Shown here piece after piece: positions 19,329-29,177 of a stretch of DNA of 64,000 nucleotides. The stretch comes from Candidatus Nomurabacteria bacterium RIFCSPLOWO2_01_FULL_39_18 (GTDB lineage Bacteria; Patescibacteriota; Minisyncoccia; Phycocordibacterales; UBA9973), in contig MFUV01000004.1 of assembly GCA_001787005.1 (NCBI GenBank), positions 105,770-169,769 of the forward strand. Direction: 5' to 3'. The stretch's first letter is position 1. Each line of letters starts with the position of its first letter. A model generated the notes under the pieces. It saw nothing but the letters and a program-made list of their open reading frames with translations, was not told where the DNA came from and did not search any database. A program made the translations under genes and the position numbers.

Positions 19329-20693
19329 CTAACACTCTAGTTTGATACTATCGCCCACCTCTGGCGCATACACGTCAATGCCCAAATTGTCTCGGAGCTT
19401 TTGCACTAGAAACATCGCGGACTTCGGCTCTCCCATAACTACAAAAACTTTTTTAACTGTGTCTTGCATATCCCCGACGAAATCGAGCAGTCCATCCGAA
19501 TCTTTATGTCCTGAATATCCAGAAATTGTCACAATATGCGACCTCACTATTACATCTTCTCCTGTGATGCGCACGGTCTTCACTCCTTCTTGGATTAAAC
19601 GCCCCGGGGTGCCTACTGATTGATAGCCAGTTAAGAGCAAGGTATTGTTCGGATCCGGCAAATAATGCCTTTCGTGATGCACCACCCGCCCGCCAGAAGA
19701 CATTCCGCTGCCCGCAATAACTATCTTTGGGTTAGGCACAGTAGCAATCATTTTTGACTCCTCCGACTTTAGCGTATTGTGGAGTCCTGGAAAATCAAAT
19801 AAATATTTGTCGCTTCTCATTGCCTTCCGCGCATCGTTATTTAAATAATTTTTATAGTGTTTGAAAACTTCGGTGAGGCGAATAGCCAGCGGAGAATCTA
19901 GGAAAATAGGCATTATTGGTATGCGGTTATTCTCTACCAAGGAGTCAAGCTCGAAAAGAAGCTCCTGCGAGCGCTCTAATGAGAAAGTCGGTATGATGAG
20001 TGTGCCCTTCCTTTTATGATTGTCCTCAATCGTTTTCTCTAGGAACCTCCTGCGGTCATCTTTGGATTCATGATTTCTGTCGCCATAAACAGACTCCATT
20101 ATTAGATAATCCACATCGGCAACCTTTTCAGTATCAGGAAGTATGGGCGAGGGACTATTGCCCAAATCCCCCGTAAAAAGGATTTTCTTACCATTGAAAA
20201 CGAATAAAATCATTGCCGAACCTAAGATATGTCCAGCATTCAAAAAGGAAACTTCGAGATTTAGAGTTAATTTTATTTTCTCGTGATAGTCAAACCCTTC
20301 CCAGAGAGAAAGCGCTTTTTTTATATTTTCGGGCGTGTAGATTTTGTCCAGAGAAAGTTCTGTGTTTTTGGACAAAATACCCATGGTGTCTTCAAGCATG
20401 AGAGAGGCAAGCGGCTTGGTGGGTTTTGTGGAATAAATTTTTCCATGAAATCCTTCATGAATTAGTTTCGGAATACGACCCACGTGGTCAACGTGCGCGT
20501 GAGTAATGAAAAGAATATCGATATCTTTCCCAGCATAAGGAAAGGGATCCCAGTTTACATCGTCCGCCAATTTCATTCCCTGAACAAGGCCGCAGTCAAT
20601 CAGAACTCTCTTGCCGTCAGCTTCTAAAAGAAAATTGGCTCCCGTCACTGAGCCTACTCCCCCGCAGAATGTTATTTTAGCAGTACTTTGCAT
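19329..20693 (-). CDS. MBL-fold beta-CASP RNA-processing nuclease
   Basis: THAHVDHVG, AGHILGS, MESVYG, SGHKD. Confidence 0.9.
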   Translation of the reverse strand: MQSTAKITFCGGVGSVTGANFLLEADGKRVLIDCGLVQGMKLADDVNWDPFPYAGKDIDILFITHAHVDHVGRIPKLIHEGFHGKIYSTKPTKPLASLMLEDTMGILSKNTELSLDKIYTPENIKKALSLWEGFDYHEKIKLTLNLEVSFLNAGHILGSAMILFVFNGKKILFTGDLGNSPSPILPDTEKVADVDYLIMESVYGDRNHESKDDRRRFLEKTIEDNHKRKGTLIIPTFSLERSQELLFELDSLVENNRIPIMPIFLDSPLAIRLTEVFKHYKNYLNNDARKAMRSDKYLFDFPGLHNTLKSEESKMIATVPNPKIVIAGSGMSSGGRVVHHERHYLPDPNNTLLLTGYQSVGTPGRLIQEGVKTVRITGEDVIVRSHIVTISGYSGHKDSDGLLDFVGDMQDTVKKVFVVMGEPKSAMFLVQKLRDNLGIDVYAPEVGDSIKLEC

Positions 20694-20704
20694 TATGCCA
20701 GTAA

Positions 20705-21112
20705 TTATACCAGATCTTCTTTGATTGGTTTAAGACTTTTCAGATAATAAAATGAGAAATAAAATATTGCAAAAATTCCGCCAGCTAAATCAAGCAAGAC
20801 ATCAGAGACAGTGTCTAGGACATTGAAAGGATTTTGAATATTGACTTTGTCGACAAAAAATTCAAATATCTCCCAGCAAATGCCCATGGCTAGCACAAAG
20901 AATAAAATTTTAAAAATTAATCTAAAAGAGATGGTGCCGAGCGCAAAGAAATAAATGTATGCCAGCCCAAGCCAGATCCCGCCCAGAAAATGCATAATCA
21001 TATCAAAATACCAAATAGAAGAATACCAGTAGAATTTATTTGCGGAAAAATTCACTAAAAAGATAAAAAAGATGAGGTACGCCAGGTGTTTGAAAAGCTT
21101 TTTTCTATCCAT
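20705..21112 (-). CDS. Conserved membrane protein (DUF2238/VanZ-like)
   Basis: DMIMHFLGG, WEIFEF, DT.SD. Confidence 0.75.
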   Translation of the reverse strand: MDRKKLFKHLAYLIFFIFLVNFSANKFYWYSSIWYFDMIMHFLGGIWLGLAYIYFFALGTISFRLIFKILFFVLAMGICWEIFEFFVDKVNIQNPFNVLDTVSDVLLDLAGGIFAIFYFSFYYLKSLKPIKEDLV

Positions 21113-21230
21113 CCCGTTAGAAGTAGGAAATCTTTAGATTTCCGTAGTTAAATTTATTAATAACAACTATAAGAAACTGGTCCATTATAACATTTCTGTA
21201 ACTTTAATTAACTAAATGACTTCTAACGGG
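21113..21230. mobile_element. MITE-like element with TIR CCCGTTAGAAGT, inserted at a start codon
   Basis: 12-bp TIRs flanked by ATCCAT on both sides; sister copy 40576-40692. Confidence 0.8.
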
Positions 21231-21254
21231 ATCCATATCTATAAAAGTAAGAAA

Positions 21255-21273
21255 AAATCCGCCCGAAGCGGAA
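21255..21273 (-). terminator. Terminator of putative 6S RNA
   Basis: TCCGC-TTCGG-GCGGA then T run on minus strand. Confidence 0.65.
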
Positions 21274-21280
21274 TCCTTCT

Positions 21281-21407
21281 TAGGACTATTTCCAATGTAT
21301 TACCGTAGCTCAAAGCTAGGTGGGTGTCAGACAAGCTTGACCAAGGTCAAACCCGATCGAGACTCCCTAAAATTAGTGTTCTAGGTAATAATTGGAAATA
21401 ACCCTAC
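21281..21407 (-). ncRNA. Probable compact 6S RNA
   Basis: Closing stem TAGGGTATTTCCAATTATTACC/GGTAATACATTGGAAATAGTCCTA, central bubble, GGGAG..CCCACC; TGnTATACT promoter and terminator. Confidence 0.6.
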
Positions 21408-21503
21408 TTTCAGTATAGCAAAATTATGGCGAGGAGCAACTGGACAGAAAGAATTTTTTGTTTCTGAATTAATTATAGAATTTTTGTCGTGATCCTGCTT
21501 AAG

Positions 21504-21543
21504 AATTGTACATATATACGCTATAGCGTATATATGTACAATT
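21504..21543. repeat. Perfect 40-bp palindrome
   Basis: AATTGTACATATATACGCTATAGCGTATATATGTACAATT. Confidence 0.95.
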
Positions 21544-22084
21544 AAAAACGCATATTAAACCAGTCTAATTCGTATTCTTTTTTAATTAAAACTCTCTCCC
21601 CTTCACCAATACTTTTGTGATCTTCCAATCCGAGTATTTTTATTGCTTCTTGCACATGTTCATGACTTTTCCCTTCAATTTCCAGATAAGCGGGCATCCC
21701 TGGGTACTGATCCAGGTCAAATTGCCAATCCTTTAGGAGGAAAGATGCACGATCTTTTTCTTGATGGGCATAGTGCTCTATCCCGACATTTTCAAAAAGC
21801 TTCCCGGCAAGGATAGCATCACCAACACTTATATTTATCTCGTCAGAATGTCTGGTATTGCCTGTTATTTCTGGTAATGACTTCCAACTTATTTCAGACT
21901 TCCCACCCGTACTAGTTCGAATTCTTAAATACCATGGATCGTCGCCTTCATGGGTCAAACCTTTGGGTCCGTACCAATCGATAACAAGTCTTGTGTTCTG
22001 TATCTCTTTCGCGCCAAGTGCTTTTAACTTTTCTTTTACTTCTTCCTTATCTACATTTAAAACTTTCGTTTCAATTTCGTGCAT
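21542..22084 (-). CDS. CYTH domain protein
   Basis: EIETK, LRIR, YLEIE. Confidence 0.85.
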   Translation of the reverse strand: MHEIETKVLNVDKEEVKEKLKALGAKEIQNTRLVIDWYGPKGLTHEGDDPWYLRIRTSTGGKSEISWKSLPEITGNTRHSDEINISVGDAILAGKLFENVGIEHYAHQEKDRASFLLKDWQFDLDQYPGMPAYLEIEGKSHEHVQEAIKILGLEDHKSIGEGERVLIKKEYELDWFNMRF

Positions 22085-22093
22085 AAAATCTAT

Positions 22094-22501
22094 TTAATCA
22101 ACAGGGCTTTCTACTTGCTCGTTTGTAAAGATAAAACTAGTTAAACCAGAATAGTACTGACTTTTAAACCATTTGACAGCTTCAGGGTCAACTTTGTTTA
22201 AAGCTGACAAGAGAGCATCCATTCTTACTTGATAAGTATAATTATCATTAGAATGTAATCTACTGTGACCACCCCCTACTTTTGGCGACACTAATGATCC
22301 GCCTGTAAACTCGGGCTCACCTGGGTCTAATGGGACTTTTATTTTGCCTAATGCTTCCTTAACAAAATCTGGAACAAAATCTGGAAAATTCTGAGGATTT
22401 AAAGTGATGTGCATATTATGTACTTGTTTCCCATGAAGTACCTCCGTAGGGAATTTTTCCTTCCCATATTCTTTTTTCCATGCTTCTGCTCTTGGATCCA
22501 T
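22094..22501 (-). CDS. Hypothetical protein
   Basis: 135-aa ORF within operon. Confidence 0.65.
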   Translation of the reverse strand: MDPRAEAWKKEYGKEKFPTEVLHGKQVHNMHITLNPQNFPDFVPDFVKEALGKIKVPLDPGEPEFTGGSLVSPKVGGGHSRLHSNDNYTYQVRMDALLSALNKVDPEAVKWFKSQYYSGLTSFIFTNEQVESPVD

Positions 22502-22509
22502 ACTAGTTA

Positions 22510-23064
22510 TTATAACTCATTTAATTTACTGTAAAGCATGATGTCATACTTGCCATCGATGACTTGATCTTCTTTTGAAACACCAAGGGTACTGAGAAAA
22601 TCGAATAATTCCTCTTGAATTTTCTTTCTGTCTTCGTAATCCTCGTGCTTTACCATCTTCTCTACTTCGATAAACTCTCCAAGTTGTTCCACAACATCAA
22701 GTACTATCTCCATATCTTTAAAGCTTGTCTTGATTCTCTTTTTATCCACGGTGGGGAGCTTATCCCATTTCATAAGTTCTAGAATCTCAACCATCATCGC
22801 CCCGTCCTTAATTTCCATTTCTCTTTCAATGCAATCCTGGTGACTACTCTGCGGAATCTTTAGGGTAAAAAAATATTTATCATTCTGTTTACGCACGCGT
22901 AAAACAGTCGCGCCCATAGGAACATCAGGATAAGGGGTTCCTTTTGGTGCAAACACATAATCAATTTGATGAAGCTCTTCGGAAAATTTACACCCAAGAT
23001 TTTGAAGTTTCTCCTTTACGGCTTCTCTATCCTTCAAAACCGCTTTTACTTCAACTTCATACAT
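22510..23064 (-). CDS. CYTH domain protein (CyaB-like)
   Basis: EVEVK, QIDY.F, LRVR, LGEFIEVE. Confidence 0.88.
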   Translation of the reverse strand: MYEVEVKAVLKDREAVKEKLQNLGCKFSEELHQIDYVFAPKGTPYPDVPMGATVLRVRKQNDKYFFTLKIPQSSHQDCIEREMEIKDGAMMVEILELMKWDKLPTVDKKRIKTSFKDMEIVLDVVEQLGEFIEVEKMVKHEDYEDRKKIQEELFDFLSTLGVSKEDQVIDGKYDIMLYSKLNEL

Positions 23065-23069
23065 AAATT

Positions 23070-23654
23070 TTACTCATCCACTCCGAAACGTTTGTAGTCG
23101 TAAGTCGTGTCATCGCCGAACCAGTGTTTTATTTCATGCTCTGCTTCTTCGGGAGTTTCGGAACAATGAACAATATTCATTACTGCCCGTTTTTCTTTAT
23201 TCGCTAATGCCGGAGAATCAATCGAGAAATCCCCACGAATCGTCCCCACTTCTGCCAGATACGGCATCGTCGGTCCCGCAATTTTTCTCACCACATCTAC
23301 TGCATGCACGCCCTGCACAACCATTTTTACCAGCGGGGCAGATTTCATGTAGTCAACTAGCCATTTGCGAATTTCGGGACCAATTTGCGCAGGATCAATT
23401 GTGCCAAAATCAGCCAGCGCATCATAGCCATATTTTTCATAAGTTGAAAGAGTCTTGTGTCCAAGCCGAGTAATCCATTCTTCATTTTTTGGATAATGAG
23501 TGTCGAGCTGGTCATGAGATGGCTGGAACATTTCCAATGCCACAATCTTCAAATCTCGCTGTTCAAAACGACGGATAATCTCCCCCGTCAAGCCCTTGCG
23601 GACTCCGTCCGGCTTTATCATCACATATGTCTTTTCCTCTTTTGGATGTTTCAT
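23070..23654 (-). CDS. ndk: Nucleoside-diphosphate kinase
   Basis: MIKPDG, GTIRGDF, NIVHCSE. Confidence 0.93.
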   Translation of the reverse strand: MKHPKEEKTYVMIKPDGVRKGLTGEIIRRFEQRDLKIVALEMFQPSHDQLDTHYPKNEEWITRLGHKTLSTYEKYGYDALADFGTIDPAQIGPEIRKWLVDYMKSAPLVKMVVQGVHAVDVVRKIAGPTMPYLAEVGTIRGDFSIDSPALANKEKRAVMNIVHCSETPEEAEHEIKHWFGDDTTYDYKRFGVDE

Positions 23655-23691
23655 ATTAACCAATATAACAGAAAAAAATAATTTTGCAAAA

Positions 23692-24255
23692 TTATTTTTT
23701 TCTCATTCCTTTGAAAGTTATAGAGGAATAGTCGTCTATATTAATTCCATATCTTAGATAGCCTTCTTTGGCAGAAAAAATAAGACCATCTTTTGGATCA
23801 AGACCTATTTTTTGCGCAGAATTCTGTGCTTCTTTTATTGATGTTGATTCAACTTCAAGATAAGTGGGAATCTCCGGCCAAGAATCAATATCAAAAACTG
23901 TTTTTCCTTTCCTATATCTTATCTTTTTATTCTCTTCTTCCCTCTTTATCACAAGTCTGATAGATTTGAGTAATTCATAAGTTTTCTCATAATCATCTAC
24001 TATTACTTCTATTTCTTTCATTCCGGCATTGTCTCCATATCTTCCTTTTACACTTTCTTTGTAAGCTAGTGTTATTTCTTTCCCGTTGGTTCGTAACCTC
24101 AGCCATCGATCTCTCCGATTCATCCGAAAGTCTGGATAATCAAAAAGAGCTCGGCGGTAATCGTACTCTCCCACTTTCTCTGCGCTGATTTCTGCAAGCT
24201 TCTTCTCAAGTTTCGGGACGTCAACCTCTAAAAATGTAATTTCAAATTCTTCCAT
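23692..24255 (-). CDS. CYTH domain protein
   Basis: EFEITF, WLRLR, YLEVE. Confidence 0.83.
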   Translation of the reverse strand: MEEFEITFLEVDVPKLEKKLAEISAEKVGEYDYRRALFDYPDFRMNRRDRWLRLRTNGKEITLAYKESVKGRYGDNAGMKEIEVIVDDYEKTYELLKSIRLVIKREEENKKIRYRKGKTVFDIDSWPEIPTYLEVESTSIKEAQNSAQKIGLDPKDGLIFSAKEGYLRYGINIDDYSSITFKGMRKK

Positions 24256-24257
24256 AA

Positions 24258-27023
24258 TTATTCCATCGTCTGATACCTCGCCATAATCTCCGCCTCCACT
24301 TCTTCTCGGTCGCGGCCGTATTTCACATAAGAAAGTTCTTTCAGAGAATCCACGATGTCGGGATTGCCTTTTTCTGGGGCTAGAGTTATCAAATTAAAAG
24401 GTTTAGTTGGTTGACCTTTTATTAGCATGCTCATGTAGGCATTGTAGTTGTCGAGCTTGGTGATGTCGGCCGCGGTAAATTGGGGCTTGAATTTCGGCTC
24501 GAGAAATGTCGCGTCCTCAGTGCCGACACGGAAGACGGCCATGGAACCGACATTGCCGAAGACTGCATTTTTAATATTGTCTTCGAGCTGAGTGATGTAT
24601 TGATGCGCAATATTAAGCGAGAGTCTATATTTGCGAGCTTCAGATAAAATAGAAGCGATGGAGTCAGTCGTAACATTCTGAAACTCGTCAATGTAGAGAT
24701 AGAAATCATTCATCGGCTTGCCAAACATGTCTACTCGCGAGAGCGCCGCCATCTGGATTTTGCCGACTAAGACAAGCCCGATCAGATTCGCATTGATATC
24801 CCCGAGTCTACCCTTCGAGAGGTTCACTAGAAGAATTTTCTTCTCATCCATAATCTTGCGGAAATTAAAAACAGAGTTCTGCTGAAGCACCACTGGGCGC
24901 ATAATGTCATTGGAAATAAAATTATCAAATTTTGAAGAAATATACGGCACGAAGTTCGCCAAAGATTGGTCTCCTGTTGTTTGCTCGGCGGAAATCCAGA
25001 ATTGTTTGATTATTGGATTCTTGCATCTCTCGAGCTTCATGTCGCGGAATTCTTTGTCAGCCAAAACACGGGTAATCTCGAGTAAGGTTGAGCCGGACTC
25101 GGGATTTTCCATCACTAAAAAGGCGCTATTTCTGAAATATTGTTCAAACATCGCCCCGCCTCCGACCTTCATGTCGAAGAGTTTATTGAAAATTCCCATC
25201 AGTTCGTTCACTACGAAAGTTTTCTGCTCTGGATATTTCGGATCATACTCGAGCATATTGAGCCCCATTGGGCGGGCAGTATAAGCCGGATCGAAATAGA
25301 TCACGTCATCGATACGCTCTTTCGGAATCCTGGACAAGATTGTCTGGATGTCTGTACCGTGCGGGTCTATATAACAGCAACCATCGCCAGCCTTTATATC
25401 CTGCGTAATCATATTGAGCATGATGTTGGTCTTTCCTGTACCCGTCTGACCGATGACATAGAAATGCCTCATGCGATCTTCGCGTGCCAGATGAATTATC
25501 GTATCGCGCCCCCGATAACTGTTAACTCCTAAAATCACACCCTCTTGTCCCATTTCGAGTGGCGCCGGCGCAATGCCAGCTTTGGCTTCTTTAAGCTGTG
25601 GCTGACTCCCGATACCAACCGGGAAATGAAAGACTGAAGAGAGTTCTTTCAAATTCATCGGCAAAATCTTATCATGGGAAAAAGAGCGGAAAGAAAAGTC
25701 TTGAAAAAGTTTTTTCAAATCATTTCCTTGCATTTCTTCAAAAAAGAAAGAATTGCTAGCCGCTTCAGAAAATTGGTGAAAGGAAGATTCTATCTCTTTC
25801 AAAATCGCCCCTGCGCGTTCTTTCGTCTCGGCAGAGGCTATCACTCGAATATTTGCCTTCATGATAGTGCTTTTTATTTTGTTGCCTATTTTCTCAGCTG
25901 CACCTTCGTCTACTGCCCGTCTGCCCTTCATATATTTTTCTTTTTTTTCTTCCGGCTCTTTCTTCACTCCAAAAACAAGTTCTTTGCCCGCTTTCAGCAG
26001 GGCATGATTGAATTTGTAGAAATTATCAGCCGCGTGTTTGACGGATACGCCATCCTTTACATCATCTAGGATCTTATGGAATTCATTTATGAATTTGTCT
26101 CCAGCCGGCGCGATAACAAGCTGAATCGCCGCGCCTTCTCCCACTGTTTGCAGTTTGGAAAAAACATTAAGTATTGGATTCATCGGATCGTGTTCGATAT
26201 TGTCATAGGTCTTGATCGGCATCACTGCTCGCTCGGTAAAGCTCGCATAAGCCCCGACTGACCCGCCAGAAACATTGAAAATATTATAGTCGTCGGTGAC
26301 CTCTCGAATTTTCGCATCATGATAAAATGCTAAAATTTGTTTTTCAAATAGCGTTAGATGTTTGTTGGGGATGGCGGCATAGACCACCACTTCATCGCTC
26401 TCTCCCGAAAGCGCCACTTCCAGGGTGAAATAATTTTCTTTTTCATTATTTTTACCGATGGAGATAGAATGCATGCCGGCATAAAATTGCTCCATCGCGC
26501 CGATGAATTCTTTGAACCCTTTTGATTTGTCAGCCTCATCGGTAGGTGGCGGAAGCGTTATTTCAAACAGGGTCATATTGAGCGATTTGTACAGTGGTGA
26601 GTCTTCTTTAAAATCGGACACAACTTGGCCGGTCTTTAAATATTGAATTAAGAGTCGGTGGAAATCGTCTTCAATATGCGGACTCCCCATCGCTTCCATC
26701 ACCGAGAGCGCATTTTTAATTCCTTTGGTAATAACAACGCCCAAAAGCTCTTCCATCACCACGTCGTGGGCTTCGGGCTTGAGCGCAAGCACGATACCCT
26801 CTTTGTCCTTCTTGTCTAGGAGAATACTTTCATATAAAGCCTGCCCTGCTGGCACATCCCTATACGCTTCTACAACTTCGCCGGCCGCATTTTCTTTAGC
26901 ATTTTCAAAATGTCCTATTTTAATTAATTCTTGCTCTCTTTTAGCAACATGCGCCCGCAAGTAGTCAAGCTCCTCTTCTGGAGTCTTAAACTTCGGCATT
27001 TCCTTAAAGAAGGATGGTTCCAT
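24258..27023 (-). CDS. VirD4/TraG/HerA-like P-loop ATPase
   Basis: RHFYVIGQTGTGKT, IDPHG, LYIDEFQN, SEARKY, AHQY. Confidence 0.85.
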   Translation of the reverse strand: MEPSFFKEMPKFKTPEEELDYLRAHVAKREQELIKIGHFENAKENAAGEVVEAYRDVPAGQALYESILLDKKDKEGIVLALKPEAHDVVMEELLGVVITKGIKNALSVMEAMGSPHIEDDFHRLLIQYLKTGQVVSDFKEDSPLYKSLNMTLFEITLPPPTDEADKSKGFKEFIGAMEQFYAGMHSISIGKNNEKENYFTLEVALSGESDEVVVYAAIPNKHLTLFEKQILAFYHDAKIREVTDDYNIFNVSGGSVGAYASFTERAVMPIKTYDNIEHDPMNPILNVFSKLQTVGEGAAIQLVIAPAGDKFINEFHKILDDVKDGVSVKHAADNFYKFNHALLKAGKELVFGVKKEPEEKKEKYMKGRRAVDEGAAEKIGNKIKSTIMKANIRVIASAETKERAGAILKEIESSFHQFSEAASNSFFFEEMQGNDLKKLFQDFSFRSFSHDKILPMNLKELSSVFHFPVGIGSQPQLKEAKAGIAPAPLEMGQEGVILGVNSYRGRDTIIHLAREDRMRHFYVIGQTGTGKTNIMLNMITQDIKAGDGCCYIDPHGTDIQTILSRIPKERIDDVIYFDPAYTARPMGLNMLEYDPKYPEQKTFVVNELMGIFNKLFDMKVGGGAMFEQYFRNSAFLVMENPESGSTLLEITRVLADKEFRDMKLERCKNPIIKQFWISAEQTTGDQSLANFVPYISSKFDNFISNDIMRPVVLQQNSVFNFRKIMDEKKILLVNLSKGRLGDINANLIGLVLVGKIQMAALSRVDMFGKPMNDFYLYIDEFQNVTTDSIASILSEARKYRLSLNIAHQYITQLEDNIKNAVFGNVGSMAVFRVGTEDATFLEPKFKPQFTAADITKLDNYNAYMSMLIKGQPTKPFNLITLAPEKGNPDIVDSLKELSYVKYGRDREEVEAEIMARYQTME

Positions 27024-27046
27024 TAAACTAATTATACAACAAAAAA

Positions 27047-27832
27047 TTAAACTTTGGTCAAAATTTCTGGTTCACCTTCGGTGATGAGGATCGTGTGTTC
27101 GAAGTGCGCGCTACGCTTTCCATCCGCCGTGCGAAAAGTGTAGCCATCGGCGTCGAGTGTTACATTCTTTGTGCCATTGTTAATCATTGGCTCGAGTGCG
27201 ATAACCATGCCCGGAATTAATTTTTCTCCTTTCCCCCTTTTACCAAAATTCGGAATATATGGATCTTCGTGCACATAACGCCCCACGCCATGTCCGGACA
27301 GAACCTCCACAATGCCATATTTGCCACCTCCCTTGGAGCGAATGAAGCTCTCTACCGCATAGCCTATATCTCCCACCGTGTTGCCTGTTTTGCCCCCCTG
27401 GGCTACGTCAATGCCTACTTGTAACGCCTGCTCTGTAATTTCAAGAAGTGCCTTGCTACCATCGCTTACAACACCCACGGGCACAGTCATGGCCATATCA
27501 GTAAAAAGTCCATTGTGCTTTAACCCTAAATCAATAGAGACAATATCGCCTTCTTTCAATATTCTGTCCTTCCTAGGAATCCCATGGACCACTTCATCGT
27601 TTACAGATACACAAAGTGCGGCTGGAAAAGGAATTTCTGCCCCAGCTGGTCGATAATTTAAAAAGGCTGGAGTGTCACCCATCTCTTTGATTAAATTCTG
27701 CGCATATGTGTCCAAGTCTTTCGTAGAAACTCCTGGAGCAACTTTTTCTTTCACCTTATGAAGCACAGTCGCCAGACGCCTGCCCCCTTCGCGCAGAATT
27801 TCTATTTCTTTTGGTGTCTTAATGATTATCAT
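27047..27832 (-). CDS. map: Methionine aminopeptidase type I
   Basis: SVNDEVVHG, GHGVG, HEDP, HFEHT. Confidence 0.95.
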   Translation of the reverse strand: MIIIKTPKEIEILREGGRRLATVLHKVKEKVAPGVSTKDLDTYAQNLIKEMGDTPAFLNYRPAGAEIPFPAALCVSVNDEVVHGIPRKDRILKEGDIVSIDLGLKHNGLFTDMAMTVPVGVVSDGSKALLEITEQALQVGIDVAQGGKTGNTVGDIGYAVESFIRSKGGGKYGIVEVLSGHGVGRYVHEDPYIPNFGKRGKGEKLIPGMVIALEPMINNGTKNVTLDADGYTFRTADGKRSAHFEHTILITEGEPEILTKV

Positions 27833-27838
27833 AGCGTG

Positions 27839-28426
27839 CTAGAACCCAATGGCAGAAATTATGTCTTTGTGCACATCTTCAATACTTTGCTCACCATTTA
27901 TGGTATAAATTGTATACCCAGCTTTCCCTTTGAAATAATTCATAGCGGGAATAACACTGTTTATATATTCATCAAATCTTTTTTCAATACCTTCTTTTGT
28001 GTCATCATGTCTACCACGTAAAAGATTTCTTTTCATGGCTTCTTCCTTCCCCACTTCTATATAAATAATTTTTATATCATTTCTTTTATACCATTCCATC
28101 ATCACTTCAAAAGTTTGAGATTGAGGTATGGCACGAGGCCATCCGTCGGTGATCAAATGACTGTCTTTGGTAAGAAAATTTATAAGCATATTCGTGACCA
28201 TAGCATCAGGGAAAAACCCGGGTTGGAGTTCTCCTCGCGAAACGGAGTCTCTCATAAGAGTAGCTGTATAAGTATCAGATTCGATAATCTTTCGAAACTC
28301 ATTTCCTGGATAGGCATATAGACAATGTTTGCTATCCTTCTTTTTCAGAAAATCCATCAAAAGTTTAACCTGAGTGCCCTTGCCAGAACCCACTATTCCA
28401 AAAAATACAAAAGTCTGCGGTTGCAT
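27839..28426 (-). CDS. adk: Adenylate kinase-like protein (short LID)
   Basis: GIVGSGKGTQ, DGWPR, RGRHDD; upstream of map. Confidence 0.8.
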   Translation of the reverse strand: MQPQTFVFFGIVGSGKGTQVKLLMDFLKKKDSKHCLYAYPGNEFRKIIESDTYTATLMRDSVSRGELQPGFFPDAMVTNMLINFLTKDSHLITDGWPRAIPQSQTFEVMMEWYKRNDIKIIYIEVGKEEAMKRNLLRGRHDDTKEGIEKRFDEYINSVIPAMNYFKGKAGYTIYTINGEQSIEDVHKDIISAIGF

Positions 28427-28487
28427 CTTTTAACAATACAAAATTTAGCTTGAATAATCAAGGGTTTTATAATAGAATGGTCTCATT

Positions 28488-29096
28488 ATGAAAAGACTTG
28501 GATTTAACATAGTGCTTCTTGGGATGATAGCTTCCGGCAAAGAAACACAGGCTAATATTTTAAAAAAGAAATACGCGCTAAAATTCGTGGAGTCTGGTGT
28601 GTATTGGCGAAAACTTTTGAAAGAAAAAAGTGTTGATGGAGACTGGGTAAGAAGAACAACTGGAAAAGGAAGCCCAGCCCCGGTTGCTTTGATGAAAAAA
28701 TTCCTAGTTAGAGAGATTGCAAAAAAACCGAAGAATAAAGATTTGCTTTTTTTGGGCAATCCTAGATTGAAACCTGAAGCACAACTTTTGAAAAAGATAT
28801 TGAGTAAAAAGAGACAAGATTTTTTCGCTTTATACATCTCTCTGCCCGACAAAGAAGTTTATAAACGATCTCTGAAAAGGAGAACTGGAAAAATGAAAGG
28901 AATTTATAAGGTATTTGATACAAAAAAAATTATCGGCACTAGAATCAAGTGGCACAAAGATCAAGTGGGTAAAACAGTGAAATATTTTCAAAGCCTAAAA
29001 AAATTAAAAATAATCAATGGCAATCAACCCATCCCTAAAGTTACCAAGGATGTCCTAAAAGAAATTGAGGAGTATAAAAAACGGAGAGAAAATTAA
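28488..29096 (+). CDS. Divergent adenylate-kinase-like NMP kinase
   Basis: GMIASGKETQ, GNPR, INGNQPI. Confidence 0.75.
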   Translation: MKRLGFNIVLLGMIASGKETQANILKKKYALKFVESGVYWRKLLKEKSVDGDWVRRTTGKGSPAPVALMKKFLVREIAKKPKNKDLLFLGNPRLKPEAQLLKKILSKKRQDFFALYISLPDKEVYKRSLKRRTGKMKGIYKVFDTKKIIGTRIKWHKDQVGKTVKYFQSLKKLKIINGNQPIPKVTKDVLKEIEEYKKRREN

Positions 29097-29123
29097 CAGG
29101 AACGTATGTTTAAAAACTTCTGT

Positions 29124-29163
29124 TCTGTTGTGAAATCACGCATATGCGTGATTTCACAACAGA
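29124..29163. repeat. Perfect 40-bp palindrome downstream of PaaX/Cas2-like gene
   Basis: TCTGTTGTGAAATCACGCATATGCGTGATTTCACAACAGA. Confidence 0.95.
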
Positions 29164-29177
29164 GAGTTTAAATAAAA

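Noticed and set aside
24258-27023. Conjugative element/ICE implied by VirD4-like ATPase
   Set aside because: No relaxase, VirB genes, integrase or att sites; embedded among housekeeping genes
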